In this document: in pieces, positions 8,434 to 17,152 of the stretch
How the letters are laid out: each line of letters starts with the position of its first letter
Numbering within the stretch: position 1 is the stretch's first letter
Virus record (IMG/VR): IMGVR_UViG_3300032250_000078
Location: 1 to 29,147 of that record
Source: a virus
Taxonomy: Duplodnaviria > Caudoviricetes
Length of the DNA: 29,147 nt
Direction: 5' to 3' (one strand)
The notes under the pieces: model-generated
The model's input: only the letters and a program-made list of their open reading frames with translations
Database searches by the model: none
Told to the model about the DNA's origin: nothing
Made by a program: the position numbers and the translations under genes

Positions 8434-9014
8434 TAGTAAAATAGTATTGTTGCGACCTCGCCATCTTCAAATGGTATGCCCCATGTCATCTCTCCAGTAA
8501 TATCATCATAAAGAACTTCCTTACCTACCGGAACTCCACTTGTACGAATCACATATTGAATGCCATCTTTAAAAGCATTAAACACATGACGGCCTATAAA
8601 TCCGCCATAAGTGAAAGTAGTCTCACCACCTATGCCAGTGTAATTATACACCTGTATTGTATTTAAGTCCATTGGAGCATCTGAGTTAATTGATTCATCT
8701 AATTTAGTTGCCTGTATGTATTCAAAATCTTTCCTTCCTTCCTTTCTTATCTGTACGCTGTTTATTTTATAGAACTCATTTTCATAAGCTATGACATCAT
8801 TGCTTCGTGTAGGCCTCTCTATCTCATACCTCATTATAAAAGTCTGATCATATGTCCACTGCCTTTGCTGATACTCATTTCTTGGCAATCCTTGTCTATC
8901 CATAACCTCTGCCCACTTTGTCCAGTTGCCAGTCTCAATAGGAATAAGACCGCCAAATTCATTCTTAGCAGTAGTGTACCGATATATAGTAATGCGTCTA
9001 TTTAATTTAAACAC
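8433..9014 (-). CDS. Head closure protein (SPP1 gp16-like) with ~80-aa C-terminal extension
   Basis: KLNRRITI...NEFGG...WTKWAEV...FIMRY...YKINSV core plus extra YTGIGGETTFT...FEDGEVATILFY domain. Confidence 0.8.
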   Translation of the reverse strand: MFKLNRRITIYRYTTAKNEFGGLIPIETGNWTKWAEVMDRQGLPRNEYQQRQWTYDQTFIMRYEIERPTRSNDVIAYENEFYKINSVQIRKEGRKDFEYIQATKLDESINSDAPMDLNTIQVYNYTGIGGETTFTYGGFIGRHVFNAFKDGIQYVIRTSGVPVGKEVLYDDITGEMTWGIPFEDGEVATILFY

Positions 9015-9546
9015 GTCTGTAAGGATTTAGTAGATTCTTAGCAATTGGACTTATATCATCAACAGCAGTACTTCTGTTATCATACAGATAGTAAATCTGA
9101 TTTAGAAGTGCTGTTTTTAGGATATTAGGTAACTCACTATAACCAGTGCTATAATCAATAGTAATATTTTTAACTCTTGGTGTCTGGAGTCTCTTGAATG
9201 AGTTGCCAATAATAGTGTAAGAAGTATCAAGCACAAGAATATCACCAGCTTCATCAGTAACTTGGTTAATCGCAATAAGAGGTCCGTAAGGTATGTAAAT
9301 ATCTCCATTGATATTATTTAGGATAGCAACGGCATCATGAACCACAAAGCCAACACCTGTGTAAGCCTCACACATCTGACGCGCTGCAGTGATTAATGAT
9401 ATTATTAAGTCATCATCAGTACCTATATCAATCTTACAGAAATCTTTAGCCTCTACAAGTGTAACCGGTTCCGTTATGTCATCTTCAGTAAATTCAATAT
9501 CTAGCACCGAATTGTATCCTACTCCTTCCCAATTGTATAAAATCAT
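9007..9546 (-). CDS. Head-tail connector (gp6-like); start revised to ATG 9546
   Basis: EPVTLVEAKDFCKID...DDDLIISLITAARQMCEAYTG...LYDNR...LLNPYR; the longer start at 9594 lies upstream of/within the terminator. Confidence 0.88.
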   Translation of the reverse strand: MILYNWEGVGYNSVLDIEFTEDDITEPVTLVEAKDFCKIDIGTDDDLIISLITAARQMCEAYTGVGFVVHDAVAILNNINGDIYIPYGPLIAINQVTDEAGDILVLDTSYTIIGNSFKRLQTPRVKNITIDYSTGYSELPNILKTALLNQIYYLYDNRSTAVDDISPIAKNLLNPYRRV

Positions 9547-9559
9547 ACTTTTATATTTT

Positions 9560-9591
9560 AAAAAAGCCCCTCCCAAATGAGAGAGGCTTTT
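9560..9591 (-). terminator. Intrinsic terminator after major capsid gene
   Basis: Minus strand AAAAGCCTCTCTCA-TT-TGGGAGGGGC-TTTTTT: GC-rich hairpin followed by a U tract. Confidence 0.85.
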
Positions 9592-9621
9592 CATTATCTA
9601 CAATAAACACCCACAACATTA

Positions 9622-10824
9622 TTATACGTTACCGAAATCAGCAAACAATGCAGACGCAGGCATCATCAAGTTCACATCTTCTAAACACTCAATTCTAGCA
9701 GTGATTAAATTCTTAGTGAAGTTGTCTTGGTCTTCCATTGAGAACTCTACAGTAATAGCTTCTGTCTCAACACGCTCAAGGTAATCTCTATCGATGATAA
9801 GAATCTTATCATCAGTTACCCATGAAGCTGGGATGATTGGAGTACCACTGATAGCTACATTACCATTGCTCATAGACAAGATACCACCCGATCCTTGATA
9901 GTAACCGTTAGTGTATAACAACTTGTTTAAACGAGCTAATTGATTATGGCTTACCAAAGCATAAGAAGCATTAAAGTTAGCTGACATTTGAGCAGCAATT
10001 GCATCAACGATAAACTTAACATCATCAGTCTCAGCAGATGCAGTTGAGCCAGTTGCAGCAGTACTAACTGTACTGAAGAAAGTAGCATTTTCAACTTTGT
10101 AGAAATCTCTTAACAACAATCTTGGTAAAGTTGTCTGCATGAATGGTAATTGCTTAGCCATCTGCTTAGAGAATCTTGCGAAACCTGCGATGTAATCTTC
10201 AACGATTTTGATTTCTGATAAATCGTAATCGATTTGACCTTTAGAAGCTCCTTCAGTCTGAACTGCGATAGCACCCTCAGAACCAGTCTCACGATATTGT
10301 ACATACAAACCAGTTCCACTGATTGCAGTAGGCATTAAATCACGGAAGTTAATCTTCTGAGATGGTAACAAAGCTTGTGTAGCTGCATAAGTTGCAACAC
10401 CATCACCAGTTAAGTTATTACCCAAAGTCATATTTCCAACAGCCTTCAATTCCATTCTGAATGGCTTGCCCTTCTTTACGTTCTGGATTTGGTCGAAGTT
10501 CTCTTCCAATCCTTCGCTAAACAATTGACCAAAAGACTTATTCTCCATCTTAGATGAAGTTGAAGACTTTACTCTTGTCTGTAACAAATCAAAGCCCTTC
10601 AAGATTGCAGCTTGCTCAGCTTTCAACTTGTTGAACTCATCAGTCATAGCTTTAACAGCCTCAGCTGAATCACTACCGTTACCAAATGCGTTGATTTTTT
10701 CATCAACCGCTGTTACTACTGATTTCAATTGATCAGCAATCTCAGACTTAGTTTTCTCAGATATTGAAGTTTCTAGCGTTGACTTCAATCCCTCTAATTC
10801 CGCCATTAATTCTTTCTTTTCCAT
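9622..10824 (-). CDS. Major capsid protein (HK97 fold, N-terminal coiled-coil delta domain)
   Basis: Coiled-coil N-terminus; EGASKGQID...IAGFARFSKQM...DNFTKNLITARIE motifs; follows the prohead protease. Confidence 0.95.
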   Translation of the reverse strand: MEKKELMAELEGLKSTLETSISEKTKSEIADQLKSVVTAVDEKINAFGNGSDSAEAVKAMTDEFNKLKAEQAAILKGFDLLQTRVKSSTSSKMENKSFGQLFSEGLEENFDQIQNVKKGKPFRMELKAVGNMTLGNNLTGDGVATYAATQALLPSQKINFRDLMPTAISGTGLYVQYRETGSEGAIAVQTEGASKGQIDYDLSEIKIVEDYIAGFARFSKQMAKQLPFMQTTLPRLLLRDFYKVENATFFSTVSTAATGSTASAETDDVKFIVDAIAAQMSANFNASYALVSHNQLARLNKLLYTNGYYQGSGGILSMSNGNVAISGTPIIPASWVTDDKILIIDRDYLERVETEAITVEFSMEDQDNFTKNLITARIECLEDVNLMMPASALFADFGNV

Positions 10825-10841
10825 ATTGGATAAATTTTGTT

Positions 10842-11579
10842 TTATTTAAGATTATTGTTAAACTGCCTAATTATATCCGCAACACTTTCTTCTGGCTGAA
10901 TGGCTTTCACCGGTTCAGTAGTACTCTTCATATCTAGGATTAATTGAGCTAATTGTTTTGAATGTAATAGCAACATCTGAATAGTGTCATCTGTTGCCGC
11001 TGTATTCCTGCAGAACTTCTCAATAGCCTCATGTTTGGCTATCAATAAATCTACATCATTAAGTGACTTAAGTGATGTGATTGGAGTCAATGGATTTGCT
11101 CCCCATGCAGTAAGTGATGAACCCTCGTATAGCTTTATCTCAGTAATCTCAAACTGCCCAGCAGCTGGATTCTTAAGATAGTTTTCATAGGATTGGATTT
11201 GGTTTCTCTTGATAATCTTAAAGCCTATAGAATGCTCTGTAATAAGTCCGCTCTCTACCATCTTAATAAAATCCTCACCAGCCTCATGACTTCCTATCTG
11301 TGACTCATACGCTAGGCCATAGCTATCTTCAGTTAACGAAGTAAGCACGCCTAATGGCAATGATGGATCATGATTAAGAAGATGCTTGATTCTTGGTAGT
11401 GCAGACTGTGGACCTTGCTCTCTAATAGTCTTAGTAAATGCACCTGGTCTGATGATATCACCATCACCATCCACATTATTAAACTTAGAGAAATAACCGG
11501 TTATGATTCCCTGCTTAGGATTCATATCCATTATCTCTGCTGAGAGTACATCATCTTTATAATTTAGGATATTGTTCAC
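10842..11579 (-). CDS. HK97-family prohead protease
   Basis: GYFSKFNNVDGDGDIIRPGAF...LLNH...SIGF...EIKLYEGS...AN motifs. Confidence 0.95.
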   Translation of the reverse strand: MNNILNYKDDVLSAEIMDMNPKQGIITGYFSKFNNVDGDGDIIRPGAFTKTIREQGPQSALPRIKHLLNHDPSLPLGVLTSLTEDSYGLAYESQIGSHEAGEDFIKMVESGLITEHSIGFKIIKRNQIQSYENYLKNPAAGQFEITEIKLYEGSSLTAWGANPLTPITSLKSLNDVDLLIAKHEAIEKFCRNTAATDDTIQMLLLHSKQLAQLILDMKSTTEPVKAIQPEESVADIIRQFNNNLK

Positions 11580-11584
11580 TTGTA

Positions 11585-11615
11585 TAAAGTTAATTTATTT
11601 TAGATTAATTACAAA
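11585..11615 (-). promoter_or_regulatory. Bacteroidota-type promoter for protease-capsid transcript
   Basis: TTTG (11615-11612), 19-nt spacer, TAACTTTA (11592-11585; one mismatch to TAnnTTTG), 5 nt before the GTG start. Confidence 0.6.
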
Positions 11616-11618
11616 AAT

Positions 11619-12407
11619 TTATCTTCTTATGATTCTGCCCTGTCTATCTCGCTTAGCCTGGAACGCAACAACACATCTGCAATTAACTACCTGAGACGCT
11701 GGAACCGCTAAACCATTAGGCTGATTCCTAACTCCAGGCTGCATCATCTGTATGTCTCCAAGCTTCTGCGACTTTAGATTAAATGGTTCATTGATGTCTA
11801 TTGTTGTGCCATCTATGGTCTTATGGTTTGCCCATAAGTTATGTCTTGTCCTCTTGTCCTTCACACTGATCCATATCTTCTCCATCACGTTACCAGATGT
11901 CTGAGCGTATACCATAGCCGCACCATTGGCAGCAGTGACCGTCTCTGTCCTAGCTATCCTTCTCGCTCTCATCGCCCCTAGTTCTGTACTGCTTGTTAAC
12001 TGTCTCACTATATCATCAAATGAGGCACCCGTTAACGCAGCATCTGATAAAACATTCTGTATAACCTGCTTTGTGAATGCTGTAATGTCTTCAGCATCAT
12101 TAAGCAAATCTATTCCGTAATACTGACGCATCAGCTCCACTATCTGCTCATTGAAACTCATCTGTCCTGTAGCCTTTGTCATTGATACCCTTGCCACTCT
12201 TGCCCACCTGGTACCAACAGTCTTATACAAATCAACTAGCACCGTATAGATGGGAAATGATGGAATGCTCATGATATCCTGAGTCTTTATAAATGCAGCC
12301 ACTTGAATCTTTAACGCCTTCACAAACTTCTTCTCATAGTACTTCTCATACCGCTGCTGGAACTTATGCCACTCATAGTAGTATTTATTTTGCTCTTGCT
12401 GTGTCAT
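11619..12407 (-). CDS. Minor head protein (Mu gpF / SPP1 gp7 family)
   Basis: RARRIARTET...KIWISVKDKRTRH...H...DG...NCRC motifs. Confidence 0.9.
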   Translation of the reverse strand: MTQQEQNKYYYEWHKFQQRYEKYYEKKFVKALKIQVAAFIKTQDIMSIPSFPIYTVLVDLYKTVGTRWARVARVSMTKATGQMSFNEQIVELMRQYYGIDLLNDAEDITAFTKQVIQNVLSDAALTGASFDDIVRQLTSSTELGAMRARRIARTETVTAANGAAMVYAQTSGNVMEKIWISVKDKRTRHNLWANHKTIDGTTIDINEPFNLKSQKLGDIQMMQPGVRNQPNGLAVPASQVVNCRCVVAFQAKRDRQGRIIRR

Positions 12408-12564
12408 TTAATCTTTCGGATAATGTCTTTTTAACTTGCTCTATCTTCCAGTTGTTATGGTCTCTCTTTCTAGGACATGATGGATTCGGTAGCTGCTCTA
12501 AGATTATCATAGCTATCTTCTTCTCTATGATGTTAACTATCTCCTCAATAGATTTGCTCTCCAT
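12385..12564 (-). CDS. Small hypothetical protein (59 aa, MESKSIEEIVNIIEKKIAM...), not in ORF track
   Basis: ATG overlaps the portal stop (TAATG) and the ORF fills the gap to the minor head gene. Confidence 0.65.
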   Translation of the reverse strand: MESKSIEEIVNIIEKKIAMIILEQLPNPSCPRKRDHNNWKIEQVKKTLSERLNDTARAK

Positions 12565-13904
12565 TACTCTCCAGGCATTGTGACGTCAGGCACCGCCCCC
12601 AAGTCTGTTATTAATTGCTTACCTGAATCAATTATTATCTGGTCCATCATTGGTTCTGCCAACTCCTCAAAGCCCATCATATCTCTCTTCTCGTTTGGTG
12701 TAGTCCACCACATAGCATTAAGAGCATCAGCTTGCATCTTCATGTCTTCCTGTAGTGCAGGTATCTCTGATAGATCTATCTCTATCGTTCTTCTTACGCC
12801 ATCAAGAGCATACATTGGAATCACACCTTTGATGATGGCATCTCTCATTAAATAGATATTCGGTAATATCGAATTAGTATAGAGCATCTTCTCAGCTGAT
12901 GCAACATTGCTGTATGTACTGCTGTCTTGATTGTTTAATAGTATCTCAGGGAACTTGTAAGCATTGCAAAGCTTTGTGAAGTCTACACCTGACAAGCTGC
13001 TCACATCCATATCAGCTAAGCTTAATCCCAATGGCAGATATCCCATCTCTCCTGCTGCAAAATATGGCGCACCTTTGTTGGAAGAGTTACGCAGATAATT
13101 AGCAAAGTCATTTTTACGCTGGCCTAATGTCTCTATTGCAAAGTCACTCTTCTCATACACTATACCCGGAACCCCTCCGTTCTGCATCTGTGCTACTGAC
13201 GCATCCATCCCAGCATTTAACCTGGTAAGTCTCTTAGTTAGCACCTGCAATGGACTCAAGCCTCTCCACTGCTGGCCATTTGTTATTGATGGATTATAAT
13301 ACTTAACATGAATCACTTCCTCAGTTGATAGCGTACCATCAAAGCCCATGTCAAAGTATCTATAGCTTATTACATGCTGAGGAAATGTCTGACTAATATT
13401 TACAATGACATTGGCACCCTTCATAGGATGCAGGATAACCTTGCCAGCATTTGGACCTAACTCAATAACTTCCTTATACAAGAACAGCTCACCAGTCACA
13501 TAAAGAATAGTATAGAAACTTACTAAATCCTCATAGCTTAAACTTTTAATAAACTCATTGAATCTATCCTGCTCAGGTAGATCTATCATTGCCTTAGTCT
13601 GGTAATGCTTGCCAAGTAGTGATGTCTTAGAATACTTCTTCATTGACTTCATAGCCGAATCATCAACTATCTCATAACCATACATCGGAATCCTTGCAGC
13701 TGTCTGAGCTAGATAAGATATGATTGAGTAGACATCATCAACAGTAACATAAGTATTTACGTTCTCAACATCTAGCCATGATGGATAAATGCTTGTTGAT
13801 ATATTAACTGCTGTTGAAAGGTTTGTCCGTTGAAGTGCTTTGACTTGTTGTTGTAGATTCTTAACCGTCTTCGTCTGTCCGAAGAGTCTATCAATCATTC
13901 CCAT
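12564..13904 (-). CDS. Portal protein (HK97 family); likely start MGMIDRLFG at 13904
   Basis: EEVIHVKYYNP...RGLSPLQ...NGGVPGI...LCNAYKFP...TYSN...TPNEKR motifs. Confidence 0.95.
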   Translation of the reverse strand: MGMIDRLFGQTKTVKNLQQQVKALQRTNLSTAVNISTSIYPSWLDVENVNTYVTVDDVYSIISYLAQTAARIPMYGYEIVDDSAMKSMKKYSKTSLLGKHYQTKAMIDLPEQDRFNEFIKSLSYEDLVSFYTILYVTGELFLYKEVIELGPNAGKVILHPMKGANVIVNISQTFPQHVISYRYFDMGFDGTLSTEEVIHVKYYNPSITNGQQWRGLSPLQVLTKRLTRLNAGMDASVAQMQNGGVPGIVYEKSDFAIETLGQRKNDFANYLRNSSNKGAPYFAAGEMGYLPLGLSLADMDVSSLSGVDFTKLCNAYKFPEILLNNQDSSTYSNVASAEKMLYTNSILPNIYLMRDAIIKGVIPMYALDGVRRTIEIDLSEIPALQEDMKMQADALNAMWWTTPNEKRDMMGFEELAEPMMDQIIIDSGKQLITDLGAVPDVTMPGE

Positions 13905-15402
13905 ATGCAAACACCATTTTAGGTTTAAGTTCAAATATTTCTCTCATCATAAACATATCTAGTAAATCCGGTGAGTCACCATTAAGCTTCACCTTCATAT
14001 CATCCTTACCGATAATCCTTAGCTTGCCATCATTGTCAGCCTTGTCTCTTCTGATAGCCTTCCTTTCGTACATGAACCGCTGACGCATAGTCATCTGGTT
14101 ATCGTACATCTTATCTGACACCTTCTTGTTAATCTTCATCTGCCCATCACTAACCCTACCGCCTGAACGATAATAACACTGTGTCTTTAAATTAAAGTAG
14201 TTCTCCTTTATCAGCCTGCCTGATGCCTCATCCTTAACCGCCAATGGCGCAGCACCACCGTTAAATGGAACCGCACCTCTAATGAACCCATCGACATAAC
14301 TTCCCACACCATCTGCGTCATAACAAATATAACGATTTTCTACAGAATACTTTCGAGCCATGTTAGATATTAATTCGATTACCTGCTTACCATCACTCTT
14401 ATCCATAATCTCTATATCACACAGCTCCATACCTTCCCAGTAACCCACCACAAGCTTATTACTTCCCTTCATCGCAATGTCCGCAGTTATGTACTTACCT
14501 GTATTATTCACGCCCTTTAGATTCTCAAACAATCCCATAAACACATCATGCTCGTACACATCCATTGGACTGTTGGATATCTTCCATCTTCCCTCCAACA
14601 ACTGCCGCCTGGTGTCTTCGTCCTGACTAAGCAAATTACCTGGATAAGATGGATCATACTGCAAACCCTTTTTATTATCGTAAATGGAACCGGAGACAAA
14701 CGTAATGGACTTAATAAAGTCTTTAGCATCTAATCCTGATGAGTCCATCATTGGCTTAATGATATGCTCAGCTTTGTCGTAAACTTCTCCATAATTATCC
14801 CCCCAAATATAATTAGCACCGTACTTTATAAAGTATCTTAGTTTACCTCTGCGTTCCAATATTGGGAACCCATCCTCAGGATCTATCCACCAGCTGATAA
14901 GTTTATAAACCCATGACTCAGGATCAGGATTGCAGGTTGCCCTAACATATGGCTTGACACCACAGCCTGACCTGTTACGACTAAGCAAATAAAAGAACAT
15001 CGACTCAGTAAAGTGAGTAAGCTCATCAAAGCCTAAGAATGGTATCTGTGCGCCCTGCCAATCATACTTATTCTTCTCGAACTCCAAATGTCTAAATGAT
15101 ATCTTTGAGCCTACTGGGAACTTCCAGTCTAGGCTAGACTCTCTAGGTTCGCCATTGACAAGCGGATAAAGCTTGACCGATGTGTCCCATAGTCCGCCCT
15201 CATTCCTAATCTGTACACTGGTACGTCTAAATATAACACCACCAAATCCAGGTACAGTAATGTGACGTAGTGGATCAAGGAGCAGCGCAAATGTTTTACC
15301 CACAAACGCAGCTGCTCCTCCGATCACGATATCCGCTTTACTACTGAGCGCAATCTGTTGGTAACCTTCCTGAGGTTCAATGTATGTTATCTGTTTAGTC
15401 AA
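13891..15402 (-). CDS. terL: Terminase large subunit
   Basis: Q motif (PQEGYQ), Walker A GGAAAFVGKT, Walker B LGFDELTHF, RATCNP coupling motif, LLEGRW, nuclease ADIA...YDADGVG...SPDLLD. Confidence 0.95.
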   Translation of the reverse strand: MTKQITYIEPQEGYQQIALSSKADIVIGGAAAFVGKTFALLLDPLRHITVPGFGGVIFRRTSVQIRNEGGLWDTSVKLYPLVNGEPRESSLDWKFPVGSKISFRHLEFEKNKYDWQGAQIPFLGFDELTHFTESMFFYLLSRNRSGCGVKPYVRATCNPDPESWVYKLISWWIDPEDGFPILERRGKLRYFIKYGANYIWGDNYGEVYDKAEHIIKPMMDSSGLDAKDFIKSITFVSGSIYDNKKGLQYDPSYPGNLLSQDEDTRRQLLEGRWKISNSPMDVYEHDVFMGLFENLKGVNNTGKYITADIAMKGSNKLVVGYWEGMELCDIEIMDKSDGKQVIELISNMARKYSVENRYICYDADGVGSYVDGFIRGAVPFNGGAAPLAVKDEASGRLIKENYFNLKTQCYYRSGGRVSDGQMKINKKVSDKMYDNQMTMRQRFMYERKAIRRDKADNDGKLRIIGKDDMKVKLNGDSPDLLDMFMMREIFELKPKMVFAYGND

Positions 15403-15707
15403 TTAGCTGAAGGCAATTCATTATCTATGTCGAAGGTATCCCTGCCATTGTCAGGCAGTCTTATAATTTGTACGTGTTGTACATCCGCATCTATCTCTAT
15501 GTCAAACTTCTCTCTAGGTTTGCCTGCCGCATGTTCCCACACGAACTTTACCAGTGATGGTTCATTGGTTTGGATTAATGCTTTAAACCCCTCTAGAAGG
15601 GAACCATAATGCTCAGTAATAGCTTGGATGGCAATCGACTGAATGCCTAGCTCCTCTGCCCTAGATTTACGTCCTGCGCCTAATCTTGCGCCTCCTTTAC
15701 CTGCCAT
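15399..15707 (-). CDS. terS: Terminase small subunit; start revised to ATG 15707
   Basis: GGARLGAGRK N-terminal motif, HAAGKP; directly upstream of terL; a promoter lies downstream of the ORF-track start. Confidence 0.75.
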   Translation of the reverse strand: MAGKGGARLGAGRKSRAEELGIQSIAIQAITEHYGSLLEGFKALIQTNEPSLVKFVWEHAAGKPREKFDIEIDADVQHVQIIRLPDNGRDTFDIDNELPSAN

Positions 15708-15736
15708 TGATTTGAGTTGAATATTCGTTACTAAAC

Positions 15737-15769
15737 CAAAGTTAAACATTTTTTTATAACGTCCACAAA
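15737..15769 (-). promoter_or_regulatory. Bacteroidota sigma-A-type promoter for packaging/late operon
   Basis: TTTG (15769-15766), 21-nt spacer, TAACTTTG (15744-15737), matching the -33/-7 consensus. Confidence 0.75.
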
Positions 15770-15789
15770 TAACGCTCAAATCCTTTGTG

Positions 15790-15797
15790 TACCTTTG
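15790..15797 (+). promoter_or_regulatory. -7 element (TACCTTTG) for the sole plus-strand gene
   Basis: Exact TAnnTTTG 9 nt before ATG 15807; no properly spaced -33 seen. Confidence 0.6.
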
Positions 15798-15806
15798 TTA
15801 CAGCCT

Positions 15807-16739
15807 ATGAAAACACTTTTTACCTTACTCATGCTGAGTTTCAGCCTGTGCATATATGCACAATGTATTGATATCTATGGTTCTAAAGTTGACTGTCCAA
15901 CTGAAGAAGATAGCTTAGTACTTTACAATAATGCTATAAAAGTAGTCCAGTTCTATGACAGCAATACAGAATATACCCTAAGCAATAGCATAGAATTACA
16001 ATCCATCAAACAGAAACGCGAGATATTTGAGCAACTTAAAGAAGCTCGTAGGATGTTTAATATCATCAGAAGAGAGGTTGCCAATCTTAGTGAAGCTGAG
16101 AAAAAGTTTACTGCAGGTAAACCAAAGAAAGGATATAAGGACATAGGATATAGTGATTACTATGCTGAAGTTGATGAGTACCGGTTCTACCAGCGCGAGC
16201 TAGAGAATCAGATAATAAATGCCAATGCTCAGATTCCAATTTATGACAACCGGATAGCTCCAATTCTGTTAAATACATATCAGAACATAGACACATCATC
16301 CATCTATTTTGGTGACCTGGTACAAATACCGCTTTACGTTCCTGTAGTGGTTAAGCCATTTGCTTTGCTTACTGGACCTGAACTGATGCTCAGAAATAAG
16401 GTTCTGAAGATACCTGCTCCTAAAGTTTACCCAGTTAGATCAATGGTAAAAAGAGATACCACACCTGAGCCAAATTATACGCAAAAGAATATAAAGGAGC
16501 AAAAGAACCCATTATTATATCCATCTGCATATAAATTACCAGTGTATGCTTACAACCAATATGGTTCTGCATCAGTAATAGGCTTTATGATTGGCCATAA
16601 ATTTAAAAAGTTAACCCATGAGGAATATGCTCAATATGCTGTTGCTCCGTTTGCACGCACTATACTGGCAGATAATTTACTTTTGGATAAACTCCTCAAA
16701 ATAAAGTTTGGAGCGTATTACTTTGGATTGTTCCAGTGA
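15807..16739 (+). CDS. Exported protein of unknown function (moron-like, 310 aa) with Sec signal peptide
   Basis: MKTLFTLLMLSFSLCIYA|QCIDIYGSKVDCP; long ORF filling the gap between terS and the replication module, with its own -7 element. Confidence 0.8.
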   Translation: MKTLFTLLMLSFSLCIYAQCIDIYGSKVDCPTEEDSLVLYNNAIKVVQFYDSNTEYTLSNSIELQSIKQKREIFEQLKEARRMFNIIRREVANLSEAEKKFTAGKPKKGYKDIGYSDYYAEVDEYRFYQRELENQIINANAQIPIYDNRIAPILLNTYQNIDTSSIYFGDLVQIPLYVPVVVKPFALLTGPELMLRNKVLKIPAPKVYPVRSMVKRDTTPEPNYTQKNIKEQKNPLLYPSAYKLPVYAYNQYGSASVIGFMIGHKFKKLTHEEYAQYAVAPFARTILADNLLLDKLLKIKFGAYYFGLFQ

Positions 16740-16972
16740 TACTTTGGCTTCCTACCTATTTTTAGCTTATTTAAGACCTTTATTTCCTTTCCATTGCAGT
16801 ATATGCGTATTACTTCACTATCTGCCTTGTATCGGTCTATAAGTATCTCTAAAACTTCATTCTGGTCCTTCATTACTGATGTGCATCTGTACACCTCATA
16901 AGAATCTCTTTTTACTATGTAATGAAACTTTGGTTTACCATACCAATGTAGCTCACTAATCGATTTTTCCAT
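16718..16972 (-). CDS. Hypothetical protein (84 aa, basic)
   Basis: ORF on the main coding strand, converging on the plus-strand gene. Confidence 0.6.
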   Translation of the reverse strand: MEKSISELHWYGKPKFHYIVKRDSYEVYRCTSVMKDQNEVLEILIDRYKADSEVIRIYCNGKEIKVLNKLKIGRKPKYHWNNPK

Positions 16973-16974
16973 TT

Positions 16975-17152
16975 TTTGTCTATTTCTCTTTATATAATTA
17001 ATTAATTAAGATAAGTTCAATAAATTAATAAAAATAGGTTAGATACGTTAGTGATTTTGTAACTGATTGATACTCATAGCGTATTTCACTAACCTATTTT
17101 ATTAAAAATGCGTTAGTAGCTAATATAAATGCTCATTATTAGTTAGTGATTT
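16975..17152. other. Putative replication origin: AT-rich tract, inverted repeat and GTTAG repeats
   Basis: Mostly non-coding region after the primase-helicase; AAAATAGGTTAG (17031-17042)/CTAACCTATTTT (17089-17100) inverted repeat; GTTAGTGATTT twice; TAATTAATTAATTA tract. Confidence 0.5.
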
